A stretch of 53,120 nt of DNA, taken from a virus. Lineage: Duplodnaviria > Caudoviricetes. This document shows positions 29,443-38,860 of the stretch, piece by piece. The DNA lies in the IMG/VR virus record IMGVR_UViG_3300037485_001022, positions 1 to 53,120 of that record; one strand, 5' to 3'. The position numbers were made by a program, and so were the translations under genes. Under the pieces are notes generated by a model. It made no database searches. It saw only the letters and a program-made list of their open reading frames with translations, and was not told the origin of the DNA. Every line of letters starts with the position of its first letter. Positions within the stretch are counted from its first letter, which is position 1.

Positions 29443-29536
29443 TGCCCCCGCGCCTCTACCTGCGCAGAGTAGAATACGTGTAATCCGGGTTACACCGCTA
29501 TCTACGTCCGGCAGATGTACGCGTAATTCGGGGGCA
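29443..29536 (+). ncRNA. candidate four-way-junction structured RNA
   Basis: TGCCCCCG/CGGGGGCA closing stem enclosing three hairpins. Confidence 0.6.
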
Positions 29537-29546
29537 CTTTATCTTT

Positions 29547-29659
29547 GACCGCGAGCCCCTAGTCAGCAATGATTATGCTCATAATGGCGACTGGCATGTC
29601 TACCAGTATCGCCCTGTAGACGTACAGGGAATGGTCTATTGACGCCCGTATAGCCGGGC
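29547..29659 (+). ncRNA. candidate multi-hairpin structured RNA
   Basis: Four consecutive inverted repeats within 113 nt of intergenic DNA. Confidence 0.5.
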
Positions 29660-29673
29660 ACTTTGAGGTAATT

Positions 29674-29877
29674 ATGACTACGGAGTTTATTAATAAGGCT
29701 GTTTCGGAAGCTAAGCGATTTATCGCAGCAGCAAAAGCACGGGAAGAAGCGCAAAAAGAAACATGGGGTTCAGGTGATAATGTCTATCACGTTACCGCAC
29801 CCCGCGAGTGTGGGGCATTACGCAGAACGTCTATGGACTTAACACGGGCACTGGCAGTTATGCGCCGGTCTTCTTGA
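29674..29877 (+). CDS. hypothetical phage protein
   Basis: GAGGT RBS; LRRTSMDLTRAL. Confidence 0.7.
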   Translation: MTTEFINKAVSEAKRFIAAAKAREEAQKETWGSGDNVYHVTAPRECGALRRTSMDLTRALAVMRRSS

Positions 29878-29887
29878 AAGGGTGACT

Positions 29888-30061
29888 ATGAGTAACATGT
29901 CTTATTGTAGGTTTCAGAATACGGTACTTGATATGGAGGACTGTATTTCTGTGTTGAATGATTCAGAAGAGTTGTCAGATGATGAGGCTAATGCTAAGGA
30001 TAGGTTGATTCAGTTGTGTATTGATGTTGCTTGTGAACATGGAAAGTGTACGGTACTATGA
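29888..30061 (+). CDS. small phage protein (MSNMSYCRFQNT), 57 aa, below ORF-track cutoff
   Basis: Translated by hand; ATGA overlap with next gene. Confidence 0.7.
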   Translation: MSNMSYCRFQNTVLDMEDCISVLNDSEELSDDEANAKDRLIQLCIDVACEHGKCTVL

Positions 30062-30279
30062 AAGTTATTACAGGTCTAAGTGTGTTGGTTGGTGGTTTGG
30101 TGCTTATCGCTGCGGTTTCACTACTTACTGGTTGGATTGTAGCACTACTGTGGAATTGGCTAGTTCCGGTTCTAATTAAGTCAGCAGTTATTACACCGCA
30201 TATCACATATCTACAGGGTTGGGGCATTGCCTTCCTGTCGGGTATGCTGTTCAAAAGTTCTAATTATAAGACTACGTAA
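30058..30279 (+). CDS. small membrane protein
   Basis: Hydrophobic; LLWNWLVP..ITYLQGWG. Confidence 0.75.
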   Translation: MKVITGLSVLVGGLVLIAAVSLLTGWIVALLWNWLVPVLIKSAVITPHITYLQGWGIAFLSGMLFKSSNYKTT

Positions 30280-30287
30280 GAGTTTAT

Positions 30288-30405
30288 GGGACGATGACGG
30301 TCAGACGATGGGTAAGTGAGACGGCGCAAGAAGTCACCCGTTAATAGTCTTGTCTGTGGTAGTCGGTAAGCGACAGGCCTGAGCAACCGCCGCCGTCATT
30401 GTCCC
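30288..30405 (+). ncRNA. candidate 118-nt structured RNA with 13-bp closing helix
   Basis: GGGACGATGACGG/CCGTCATTGTCCC plus nested internal helices. Confidence 0.62.
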
Positions 30406-30422
30406 CCCTATTTAGGTAATTT

Positions 30423-30749
30423 ATGTTCTCATTAACACCACCCGGTAAGCATATTGTTGGTCGTTACATAACCACATGTAGACTTGCAGAGGCATCTAAA
30501 AACACTACATCATTCAGGTATGAGGTAGCAAGTGCGTTATGTAAGGATACTGCGGAGGTACTTGTAACCGGTAACTTTGTGACTGTTACTAGAGACGAAG
30601 CTAAGTATAACGAGATACATACTATTGACTTCTATGCCATGAGTAAAGATGATTTTGATGCGTGCATTGAAGCCGCTTATACAGCCGGTAGACGCGCAGA
30701 AGCTAATATGAATAGTTGGGCTAGTTTAGCTTCAACAAAGAGTAGGTAA
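30423..30749 (+). CDS. hypothetical protein
   Basis: 108-aa ORF filling the gap before the polymerase. Confidence 0.6.
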   Translation: MFSLTPPGKHIVGRYITTCRLAEASKNTTSFRYEVASALCKDTAEVLVTGNFVTVTRDEAKYNEIHTIDFYAMSKDDFDACIEAAYTAGRRAEANMNSWASLASTKSR

Positions 30750-30755
30750 CTTCCC

Positions 30756-33287
30756 ATGTCTGATTTCCTTTTTGATATTGCGGCAATACAAACTAGTGTC
30801 CCTTCAAAACCACATTGCGGTAAGTGTCCCTTGAGCAATGTTGGTACGAAGTACGACCAGCCGTATAAAATTCAGGAGGGGAATCAGACAGTTTTACTTA
30901 TTGGTGGGGCAGTATCCGATTATGCCCACATGATGAAGGTTCCGGTTACTACCGAGTTTATTAAGCCGATTCTGGATTTGCTAGAAGGTTATACGGTTTA
31001 TTACATTCCGGTAGCGCATTGTGCGGTTGCTAAAGAGCCTATTAGTTACAGTAACCTAGTACATGCTGCAGAATGTTGCTCTTATAACCTGTACCAAACT
31101 ATTAAGCAGCTAAAACCTGACTTTACTGTACTGTTTGGTTCGCCTGCTATTACCGCTATCTATTCTAACCGTTGTGATAAGGGTTGTACGGTTGAGGTGT
31201 GGCGTGGTACCGTAACACCAGATCAGACACTGCATACTAATGTTATCTGCACGTACCCATTAATGGCACCCTGTACTGGTACTGAATCAGGTGTACTGTG
31301 GCGTTACATCCAACAAGACCTTGCACAGATTAAGACAGTAAAGCAGTGGCGCGATTATTCAGATTTGCCTTCTCGTGTCAAGATTATTGCTGATAAGCAG
31401 GTACTGTTTTACCTAGACCGCCTGCATGATGGTAGTGTCATAACATTTGACTATGAAACCACAGGGCTAAAGCCTGATAATAAGGGACATGAGATCGTAT
31501 GTGTATCTGTACGTACTGATATTGATAACTATGCGGTAGTCTTTGAATTAACTGATACCGTACTTCCGAAGTGGAAGCAGGTACTAGCCGACGAAACCAT
31601 TAAGAAGATCGCCCATAACATTAAGATGGAGGATCGGTGGACACGGAAGCGGCTTAAAACACCAGTAAAGGGTTGGATTTGGGATACTTGTATTGGGGCG
31701 CATTGCGTTAATCCGAATAGTGCCAGTGGCCTAAAGTTTCAGGCATTGCTTCAATTTGGTGTGGACGATTATAGCAGGGCAGTACATCATTATCTAGAGG
31801 CTGAAACATCTAACGACTTCAACCGTATCCATAAATGTGATAAGAAACAATTACATGTTTATTGCGGTATTGATTCGTACCTAGAATATGATTTGTACCT
31901 TTACCAGAAGGATACCCTTTGCTCGCGCAGAAACACACTAGGACGGGGCTTTGACTATGGGGTTGAGTTCTTTACCAAGGTAGCGCGTGCCTTTAGCGTG
32001 ATGGAAGGCAACGGCATTGCCATTGACAAGGCGTTAATGGGTGTGTATCTACCGGAAATAGAAGCTAAGCGGCAAGAAGCAATCACACAGTTTAAAACCA
32101 CACCTATCTATAAGGAATGGTATAACATATTCCTGCATACTACCGATTTAGGGTCGGACGTTCAACTCCGTCATATCCTATTCGATGTACTAGGTAATAC
32201 TCCGACAAAGTTTACAAGTAAGGATAAGGAAACAGTTGACGAAGAGGCACTTACTGATTTAGGTATTGAGGGACTAGACTCATATATCCGTGTTAAGAAG
32301 TTCAACAAGATCATAGGTACATACTATGCACAGATTAACAGGGAGATGGATGAGAATGGGTTACTGCATTGCGAGATGCAGTTAAATGCAGCACGGACGT
32401 TCAGGACATCCTGCACTAAGCCTAATCTGCAAAACATCAGTAAGACTGATAAAGAATACGCTAAGTACATCCGTGATTTGTTTATCCCGCAGAATCCTGA
32501 ATGGTGTATTGTAGAAGCGGACTTGAAGGGGTGTGAAGTAGCTGGTGCTGCCTGTCATACGCAAGACCCTAACCTGATAGCATACGTATCTAATCCTAAG
32601 TTGGACATGCACAAGGATTTAGGGGAACACCTCTACAATGTAGACCTAGCACTAATCAGTAAGGATTTGCGGAGTATTACTAAGGGCTATACCTTTGGTT
32701 CTTTCTATGGTAGTTATTGGAAGTTGACAGGGCCGTTTATCTGGAAACAACTACAACTACAAGAGCCTAAGTTGCTAGACGGTAAACCAGTACTTACACA
32801 CTTATCTGACATAGGGATTACAACGGTAGAGGACTTTACTAGGTTGGCGCAGGAAACTGATGATTTCATGTGGAATACACAGTTTCCCGGTTATCAACGA
32901 TGGAAGGAGCGGCAATGGGACAGTTACTTACAACTTGGGTTCGTAGACTTGTATACTGGATTCAGAAGGCCGGGGCCTTTGTCAAGGAATCAGGCGATAA
33001 ATACACCTATTCAGGGGGACAGTGGACACATTAACCTATGGCTCTGCTGTTACATACTATCTAAACTAAAGGACACCGGCATCCGTGCTAAGTTGTTCCT
33101 GCAGATTCACGATAGTGTGGTGGCTATAGTCCACCCTGACGATATAGCGGCATACCGGCAACTGTACATTGATGGTGTTGCTAGACTCCGTGAAATATGG
33201 AAATGGATTATTGTGCCTATTGAAATTGAGTTTGAAGTGTCACCACCCGGTAAATCATGGTTTGAAAAGAAGGAGTATAAAGGATGA
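30756..33287 (+). CDS. polA: family A DNA polymerase with N-terminal UDG-like domain and 3'-5' exonuclease
   Basis: ExoI FDYETTG, AHNIKME, YCGID; RTSCTKPNLQN, motif A EADLKGCE, motif B RSITKGYTFGSFYG, motif C LQIHDS. Confidence 0.92.
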   Translation: MSDFLFDIAAIQTSVPSKPHCGKCPLSNVGTKYDQPYKIQEGNQTVLLIGGAVSDYAHMMKVPVTTEFIKPILDLLEGYTVYYIPVAHCAVAKEPISYSNLVHAAECCSYNLYQTIKQLKPDFTVLFGSPAITAIYSNRCDKGCTVEVWRGTVTPDQTLHTNVICTYPLMAPCTGTESGVLWRYIQQDLAQIKTVKQWRDYSDLPSRVKIIADKQVLFYLDRLHDGSVITFDYETTGLKPDNKGHEIVCVSVRTDIDNYAVVFELTDTVLPKWKQVLADETIKKIAHNIKMEDRWTRKRLKTPVKGWIWDTCIGAHCVNPNSASGLKFQALLQFGVDDYSRAVHHYLEAETSNDFNRIHKCDKKQLHVYCGIDSYLEYDLYLYQKDTLCSRRNTLGRGFDYGVEFFTKVARAFSVMEGNGIAIDKALMGVYLPEIEAKRQEAITQFKTTPIYKEWYNIFLHTTDLGSDVQLRHILFDVLGNTPTKFTSKDKETVDEEALTDLGIEGLDSYIRVKKFNKIIGTYYAQINREMDENGLLHCEMQLNAARTFRTSCTKPNLQNISKTDKEYAKYIRDLFIPQNPEWCIVEADLKGCEVAGAACHTQDPNLIAYVSNPKLDMHKDLGEHLYNVDLALISKDLRSITKGYTFGSFYGSYWKLTGPFIWKQLQLQEPKLLDGKPVLTHLSDIGITTVEDFTRLAQETDDFMWNTQFPGYQRWKERQWDSYLQLGFVDLYTGFRRPGPLSRNQAINTPIQGDSGHINLWLCCYILSKLKDTGIRAKLFLQIHDSVVAIVHPDDIAAYRQLYIDGVARLREIWKWIIVPIEIEFEVSPPGKSWFEKKEYKG

Positions 33288-33663
33288 CTATTGAACAACA
33301 CAAGGCTCTTACATCCACAGGTGGTACTAGTATTTACCTAACTGGTGGTGAAGTCGCTACCGCGATTATAGCATACTTAGCAGCACACTCTATCACTGTT
33401 CGTGGGCCGCGTACTATTACAGTTAATCATGAACTGTGTGATATTGGTAAGGTATACGTTGACCCGTCAGGGGCTGTATACGATAACAGGGGGCAGGAAT
33501 GAAAAAGTTTTGGAATAATGTAGGTTTGTGGTTTGCCTATATTGCAGTTGTGGCTTTGGTTGTAGGTTTGATTGGTGGTTGTGTGGCAATCAAATGGAAT
33601 GTTTATCATCAGCGGTTTCCTAATGCGTCACCGTGGACGTTCTTGTTTAAGTAAAGGATAATT

Positions 33664-33957
33664 ATGGATACAACTATTAACAATGAGATGTTTAATTCGT
33701 TGCTGGATCGTGTTGAACGGTTAGCTAACCCGCTTAACGCACCTGCACCAGTACCAGAACCTAAGTACAAGATTACTGAAATTCCCATCATTCCACAACC
33801 TATTAAAGATAAGTTGCGGCGTATTAATGACTACAGTAAAACAGCCGGTGTAGTTGATAATGACACTTGGTACATGCTTTTTGGGCGCGAACCCGAAGAT
33901 AATGTATCCCTTACCGAGTTTCGCCAAATCCTATCCGCACTAGGTATTGAGGGATAA
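33664..33957 (+). CDS. hypothetical protein
   Basis: AAAGGA RBS; 97 aa. Confidence 0.6.
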   Translation: MDTTINNEMFNSLLDRVERLANPLNAPAPVPEPKYKITEIPIIPQPIKDKLRRINDYSKTAGVVDNDTWYMLFGREPEDNVSLTEFRQILSALGIEG

Positions 33958-34119
33958 GTATGCACGAAATCTACGAAATCAATAGGCTTATCCGCGCCAT
34001 TAATGCAGAACGGGAATGGGCATCCCGCACCAAGGATAGTGATCTTATCACGCCACTAGAGACTAAACTATGGCGTGACTTGTGTAAAGAAGTAGAGAAC
34101 CTAGACGAACTGCTTGACG

Positions 34120-34881
34120 ATGAAACCACGCACTAAACTCTATCTTAGAACACCTATGCCTATCATCAGTGTTGATACACTGGCTAAGGTGGTGTTTCCT
34201 ACTTTAGCGTTTGCGTATCATGGGGGTACACGCTGTTTCAGTAATGGGGGTAAGTTACTTACTGAAAAGCGTGTACCTTTCAACACCGAGCATACCGACT
34301 ACCTAGAAGAATACTTACCTATAGGCGCAGACGGTATACTAAGTAATGGTATCTTTTATGCCTATGACTTGGTAAACCCGTTCACCTTTAACAATAACCT
34401 GCTATCCCGTATCTTTACACTAAGCAAGGAAATAGCAGGACTACATAACATACAGTTACCTACTATCACGGTACTAAACAGTGAGTCAGACCTAAGTCTG
34501 GTAGCGAAACATAACAAATTTGTATACTTTCGCTGCCCAACTTCATTCTATTCACAGAAGTATGCCGCACTATCACAACAGGCATGGCTAGAATATGAAT
34601 TGCGGGTAGTGTGTACCGGAGTTGTCAAAGAGGTACTTGTTAAGAAGGTTGAAGGTACAGATGACTGGCTTGGTGGTTTGATAGTAAGTACACCTGACAA
34701 GGGCGATATTTGTGTTAAAGGGTTTAAGTTAGACGCTAAAGCGATATGGGATAGACGGGAATACCTGTTAGGTGGTACGATTGAATACCTAACAGCTAAA
34801 GAAGCAAGTAGATTAACTGGGTATGAGTATGTCCGGTTTGTAGATAGAGATTTGGTTAGCAACGATATAATGAGGTTATGA
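34120..34881 (+). CDS. degenerate ATP-dependent DNA ligase paralogue lacking the catalytic Lys
   Basis: Collinear similarity to 13679-14548; KLDG replaced by YHGG. Confidence 0.7.
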   Translation: MKPRTKLYLRTPMPIISVDTLAKVVFPTLAFAYHGGTRCFSNGGKLLTEKRVPFNTEHTDYLEEYLPIGADGILSNGIFYAYDLVNPFTFNNNLLSRIFTLSKEIAGLHNIQLPTITVLNSESDLSLVAKHNKFVYFRCPTSFYSQKYAALSQQAWLEYELRVVCTGVVKEVLVKKVEGTDDWLGGLIVSTPDKGDICVKGFKLDAKAIWDRREYLLGGTIEYLTAKEASRLTGYEYVRFVDRDLVSNDIMRL

Positions 34882-35065
34882 TGGGCGCACAGGAGCCAAT
34901 TAAATGCTGTAAAACCTGTGATTATTGGGTATCGTGGCGTGCATATATGGGTGATGACGACCCTGATGAACCAACTGATGAGGGCAAGTGTTTTGCTGAT
35001 AGGGACATAGCAACCGCAGATGATTTTGTGTGCGCATTGTGGGTAAAACTAAGTGAGGTTATGAT

Positions 35066-35605
35066 ATGACAGAGTTTGTTGCTTTTCAAAAAATACCAAG
35101 ACTCTCCCGTGACTGTTGCATTACTGAAAAACTCGACGGCACCTCAGGTTGTATTTTCATTGGCGAGGACGGTGAGTTTCTAACAGGTAGTCGTAACCGT
35201 TGGATTACACCGGAAGATGATAACTATGGTTTCAGCCGTTGGGCACACGCGCATAAGGACGAGTTAATGCAACTTGGCCCCGGTAGGCACTTTGGTGAAT
35301 GGTGGGGTCTAGGTATTCAGCGTGGATACGGCGCACCTGATAAGCGGTTTAGCCTGTTTAATACCGCAAGATGGAATGCTGAAACACCACCGCCTGCTTG
35401 TTGTTCAGTAGTGCCCGTGTTGTATACAGGGTTATTTTCCTCTTATGTAGTTGAAATGCAACTAGATTACTTAAAAGCTAATGGCAGTAAGGCAATTCCG
35501 TTTATGAATCCTGAAGGTGTTGTTGTATACCATTGTGCTGCACGTACTTATTTCAAAAAGACCATAGTCGGGGATGAATCACCAAAGGGGAAACGGGATG
35601 AGTAA
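35066..35605 (+). CDS. Rnl2-type ATP-dependent RNA ligase (nucleotidyltransferase core only)
   Basis: ITEKLDGT, GSRNR, FGEWWG, EGVV, YFKK. Confidence 0.82.
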   Translation: MTEFVAFQKIPRLSRDCCITEKLDGTSGCIFIGEDGEFLTGSRNRWITPEDDNYGFSRWAHAHKDELMQLGPGRHFGEWWGLGIQRGYGAPDKRFSLFNTARWNAETPPPACCSVVPVLYTGLFSSYVVEMQLDYLKANGSKAIPFMNPEGVVVYHCAARTYFKKTIVGDESPKGKRDE

Positions 35606-35776
35606 CCAACTAAACGCAGGTAAGTTTCGTGGAGGCGCGGTATGGCATAGTGAGGATAACGGTAAGACATGGTGGACACCATTTCAATTCAGCCATTCTG
35701 TTGCGATTACTAAGAAAGAACTAGAGAAAATGGCACTAAGTATTTTACGTGATTTGTGTGATGAGGGGCAAGACTA

Positions 35777-35947
35777 ATGAGTAAGAAGTCAGATAGGCGG
35801 TTGTATAAGGATTATCTACTGTATAAGGAACATCTACCAAAGTTGTATCCGCAGAAACGTGGGTATGACAAGGTTGGGCGTAATGAAGTCTGCCCTTGTG
35901 GTAGTGGTAAGAAGTGGAAGAAGTGCTGCCTTAATGGGAAGGAATAA
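35777..35947 (+). CDS. 56-aa SEC-C (SecA zinc-binding motif) mini-protein
   Basis: Hand translation: [20 protein letters not shown]; TAATG overlap with upstream stop. Confidence 0.85.
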   Translation: MSKKSDRRLYKDYLLYKEHLPKLYPQKRGYDKVGRNEVCPCGSGKKWKKCCLNGKE

Positions 35948-35949
35948 CT

Positions 35950-36225
35950 ATGTGGTGGGCATATAAACGGATACCAAAAGTACAAACAACTAAAGTAGAC
36001 TGGAAACTTGACCAGATTAATAAGTTGATTGCCTTTCGTAATCAGGGTGAGACATTCCGGTATCTTGGCTTAAAGATGTTAGTAACTGGGCACTCCGATA
36101 TTTCCGCTACCGGACGTGTTATACCGGAGTTGCAGTGTGACTATGTAGATAATAATGGTGTTCTTAGGACCTGTGCATTTGCATTTCACGAACTGCCAAC
36201 ACTAGAAAAAGAAAGTGGGTCTTAA
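35950..36225 (+). CDS. hypothetical protein
   Basis: TAACTATG start context. Confidence 0.65.
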   Translation: MWWAYKRIPKVQTTKVDWKLDQINKLIAFRNQGETFRYLGLKMLVTGHSDISATGRVIPELQCDYVDNNGVLRTCAFAFHELPTLEKESGS

Positions 36226-36227
36226 CT

Positions 36228-36482
36228 ATGGAAGTTACCATTAACGACCCTAGTGTCAGTCGCCCTTTAGCATTCGACTCTATGGCAGCGTGTGCGGAAT
36301 ACCTGTTGCGTGGGGATAGATGTTTTGACAATATAGGGGCTGTAGAAACGGTGGAACAGCGTGCAGAGCATAATAGCCGTGCTATTGGACGGCTCATGGC
36401 TGTTCTGGTTAAGAAAAACATCCTAACCACAGCAGAGTGTGTAGATGTGCTTCAAACCTACATGTATAATGATAAGGAATAA
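36228..36482 (+). CDS. hypothetical protein
   Basis: TAACTATG start context. Confidence 0.65.
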   Translation: MEVTINDPSVSRPLAFDSMAACAEYLLRGDRCFDNIGAVETVEQRAEHNSRAIGRLMAVLVKKNILTTAECVDVLQTYMYNDKE

Positions 36483-36484
36483 CT

Positions 36485-36754
36485 ATGGAACTCACCTACC
36501 GAGTACGCCACATAGACGGCAGATACCTTTGGTGGGAAGGTGATGACCAAAGTTTTACGTGCGAGTTATCAAAAGACCCATATAAGTATAAACACACTAA
36601 GAAAATTAGTGTATGTGCTTCGTTTGGTACCGCACTGCACGCACTATGTTCTACCCCTTATGGTACTATGAACTTACGGCTTGTTGCGTATGCGGATGGG
36701 GTAGAAGTATCTGCTAGGGCATATTCAAGGTTTTTTGAACGCTTCATGGACTAG
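36485..36754 (+). CDS. hypothetical protein
   Basis: TAACTATG start context. Confidence 0.65.
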   Translation: MELTYRVRHIDGRYLWWEGDDQSFTCELSKDPYKYKHTKKISVCASFGTALHALCSTPYGTMNLRLVAYADGVEVSARAYSRFFERFMD

Positions 36755-36762
36755 GAATAACT

Positions 36763-37674
36763 ATGGAACTATATCGTAAATATCGGGAAACAACACTTGA
36801 CGGGATTCTAGGCAATCATAATAGCAAGGAAACCCTCAAGAGCATTATCGCTAAGCCTGTAGAATCACGTCCGCATACATTCTTGTTTGTAGGGCCAGCA
36901 GGGTGCGGTAAGACTACTCTAGCCTATATCATGGCTGCGGAGGTTAAGGTTCAGAACATCATTGAACAGAATAGTGCTGATTATCGTGGTATTGATTCTG
37001 TGCGTGATTTTGCAGCAGCACTACAGTATGTGCCACTACAGGGTTCACAGGCATACATCTTTGAAGAGGCCCACCGTCTCACGCAAGATGCACAGGAGGC
37101 ACTACTCAAACCAGTAGAGAACTGTCCCGAACATACTTACCTGTTCTTTACAACTACAGATGCCAGTAAGATCAATGCAGCACTTAAAACGCGCATGATT
37201 ATCATTCCGGTAGAACCACTAGATGAAACAACACTTGAATCACTGGTAAAGTCTGTTTGTGTTAAGGAACAGATTACAATTACTGATGCTGTCATTAAGC
37301 ATATTGCCAAGTCTGCTTACAATTCACCTAGACGCGCACTAACCATGCTTGAAAAGGTGATTGGGTTGTCGGAAGAGGAACAGCTTAAAGTAGCAGGTTA
37401 TTCTAATGACGTAGAAACGGTTGCTATTGACTTGTGCCGTCTACTAATTAAGAAGTCTGAATGGATGCCTATTGCTAATGTACTTTCAACTTTAAGTGTT
37501 GAACCAGAAGCAGTTAGGCGTGCGGTACTAGGGTATATGCGTGCCGTATTGCTTAAAAAGGATAGTGCTGCAGCCGTTGTAGTTGCCACACACTTTGAAC
37601 GTAACTACTATGATACTGGCAACGCAGGGCTTACGTTGTCTTGCTATCGCGCATGGGTTGACTTGAAAGGATAA
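36763..37674 (+). CDS. clamp loader, DnaX (gamma/tau)-like AAA+
   Basis: LYRKYR, GPAGCGKTT, IFEEAHRLT, AQEALLK, SPRRAL. Confidence 0.9.
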   Translation: MELYRKYRETTLDGILGNHNSKETLKSIIAKPVESRPHTFLFVGPAGCGKTTLAYIMAAEVKVQNIIEQNSADYRGIDSVRDFAAALQYVPLQGSQAYIFEEAHRLTQDAQEALLKPVENCPEHTYLFFTTTDASKINAALKTRMIIIPVEPLDETTLESLVKSVCVKEQITITDAVIKHIAKSAYNSPRRALTMLEKVIGLSEEEQLKVAGYSNDVETVAIDLCRLLIKKSEWMPIANVLSTLSVEPEAVRRAVLGYMRAVLLKKDSAAAVVVATHFERNYYDTGNAGLTLSCYRAWVDLKG

Positions 37675-38070
37675 GTATGAAAGACGAGAAAATTAAGTGT
37701 GATAACTGTAAGAAGGAAATTACCTTTCCTGCTATCATTGGACTAACAGCTACATTCAGAACCCGTACTGGCGTAAATAGGCCAATGGGATATACGCAAT
37801 TTGAGGTAGAGAATAGGGACTTCTGCGACCTGCGGTGTCTAGAAGTGTGGGTAGAACAAAAACATAAAGAAAGTTCGCGTGGTTACTCTAAAGTGGACCC
37901 TTGGGATAGGACGGATTTGTGATATGACGTTATTCCTAGCAATCTGGTTTACATTTGGTTTGTTTACTGTAGGACTGGCACTAAACCCCACAAAGAACAC
38001 GTTTGTAGAGTGTCTAGTGACTTTCCTATTTTGGCCTTTAATTTTGGGGGGATTTTTACAAGACCAATCT

Positions 38071-38121
38071 AACAAATAAAAGCGCAAGATCGACAATCGA
38101 AAATCGTTATCTTATGTAAGG
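38071..38121 (+). promoter_or_regulatory. 51-bp intergenic repeat, putative phage promoter
   Basis: 47/51 identical to 27994-28044. Confidence 0.75.
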
Positions 38122-38154
38122 TATTCACTTACGACACGAAAAAGGTTATAAATT

Positions 38155-38697
38155 ATGTCACTTGTATCAACAATGCCCACCATTTCAGAAATTGAATCAC
38201 TAAACAAGTATACGGAAGTAGCTGATCCTGACTTTATGGCACTTGAGGCAGAGATTAAGCGGGACTTGCAGATTTCTGGCGATATTGTGAATCAGTGTAT
38301 TAAGTTGCCGGAAGTGTCCGCTAAGTATGCTGCACTTATCGCACGTCTTGAACATCTTGAACTACGTGCTGATGAACGGGCTAAGGCAATCCGCAGCAAG
38401 ATCGTTATTGCCTTTGAGGATAACCCCAAGGCGTTCCTAGAAAACTGCCGTCACCGTAATATGCAGATTGTTGAATCGGTTTACCGTTCACATCCGCAGT
38501 ACAAGGCAGCAATTAGGGATCAACTTGCTATTGCTGCTATGCGTAAGATGGTAGCACAAACCACATACGCTATTGACCAGAAACGGTCTATGCTAGAATC
38601 ACTTATGAAGGCGCGTATGTCTGGTGTGGCTGACTTTAACATTCCTAATGCACCTAATACTGAACACGCAAACAAGGTACAAGAAGATAAACTGTAA
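38155..38697 (+). CDS. helical protein, possibly UvsY-like recombination mediator
   Basis: Helical, AIDQKRSMLESL; upstream of ssb and in a RecA-encoding genome (positional inference). Confidence 0.4.
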   Translation: MSLVSTMPTISEIESLNKYTEVADPDFMALEAEIKRDLQISGDIVNQCIKLPEVSAKYAALIARLEHLELRADERAKAIRSKIVIAFEDNPKAFLENCRHRNMQIVESVYRSHPQYKAAIRDQLAIAAMRKMVAQTTYAIDQKRSMLESLMKARMSGVADFNIPNAPNTEHANKVQEDKL

Positions 38698-38860
38698 GGG
38701 ATAAATATGACTAAACTACAAAAAGCTAAAATCAAGTATGCAGACGCTGCTCTACGTTATAATGAAGCGACACAAGTTACTAAGGAGGCTGAACAGGAGC
38801 TAGACTCTGCAGCCGCCGATCTGTTTGCAATACTTGAATCTACCGACGAACTGTAATCTC

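Noticed and set aside
30288-30405. Assignment as SRP RNA, 5S rRNA or hammerhead ribozyme
   Set aside because: No SRP GGAA domain-IV motif, no 5S CCGAAC, no CTGATGA/GAAA core seen
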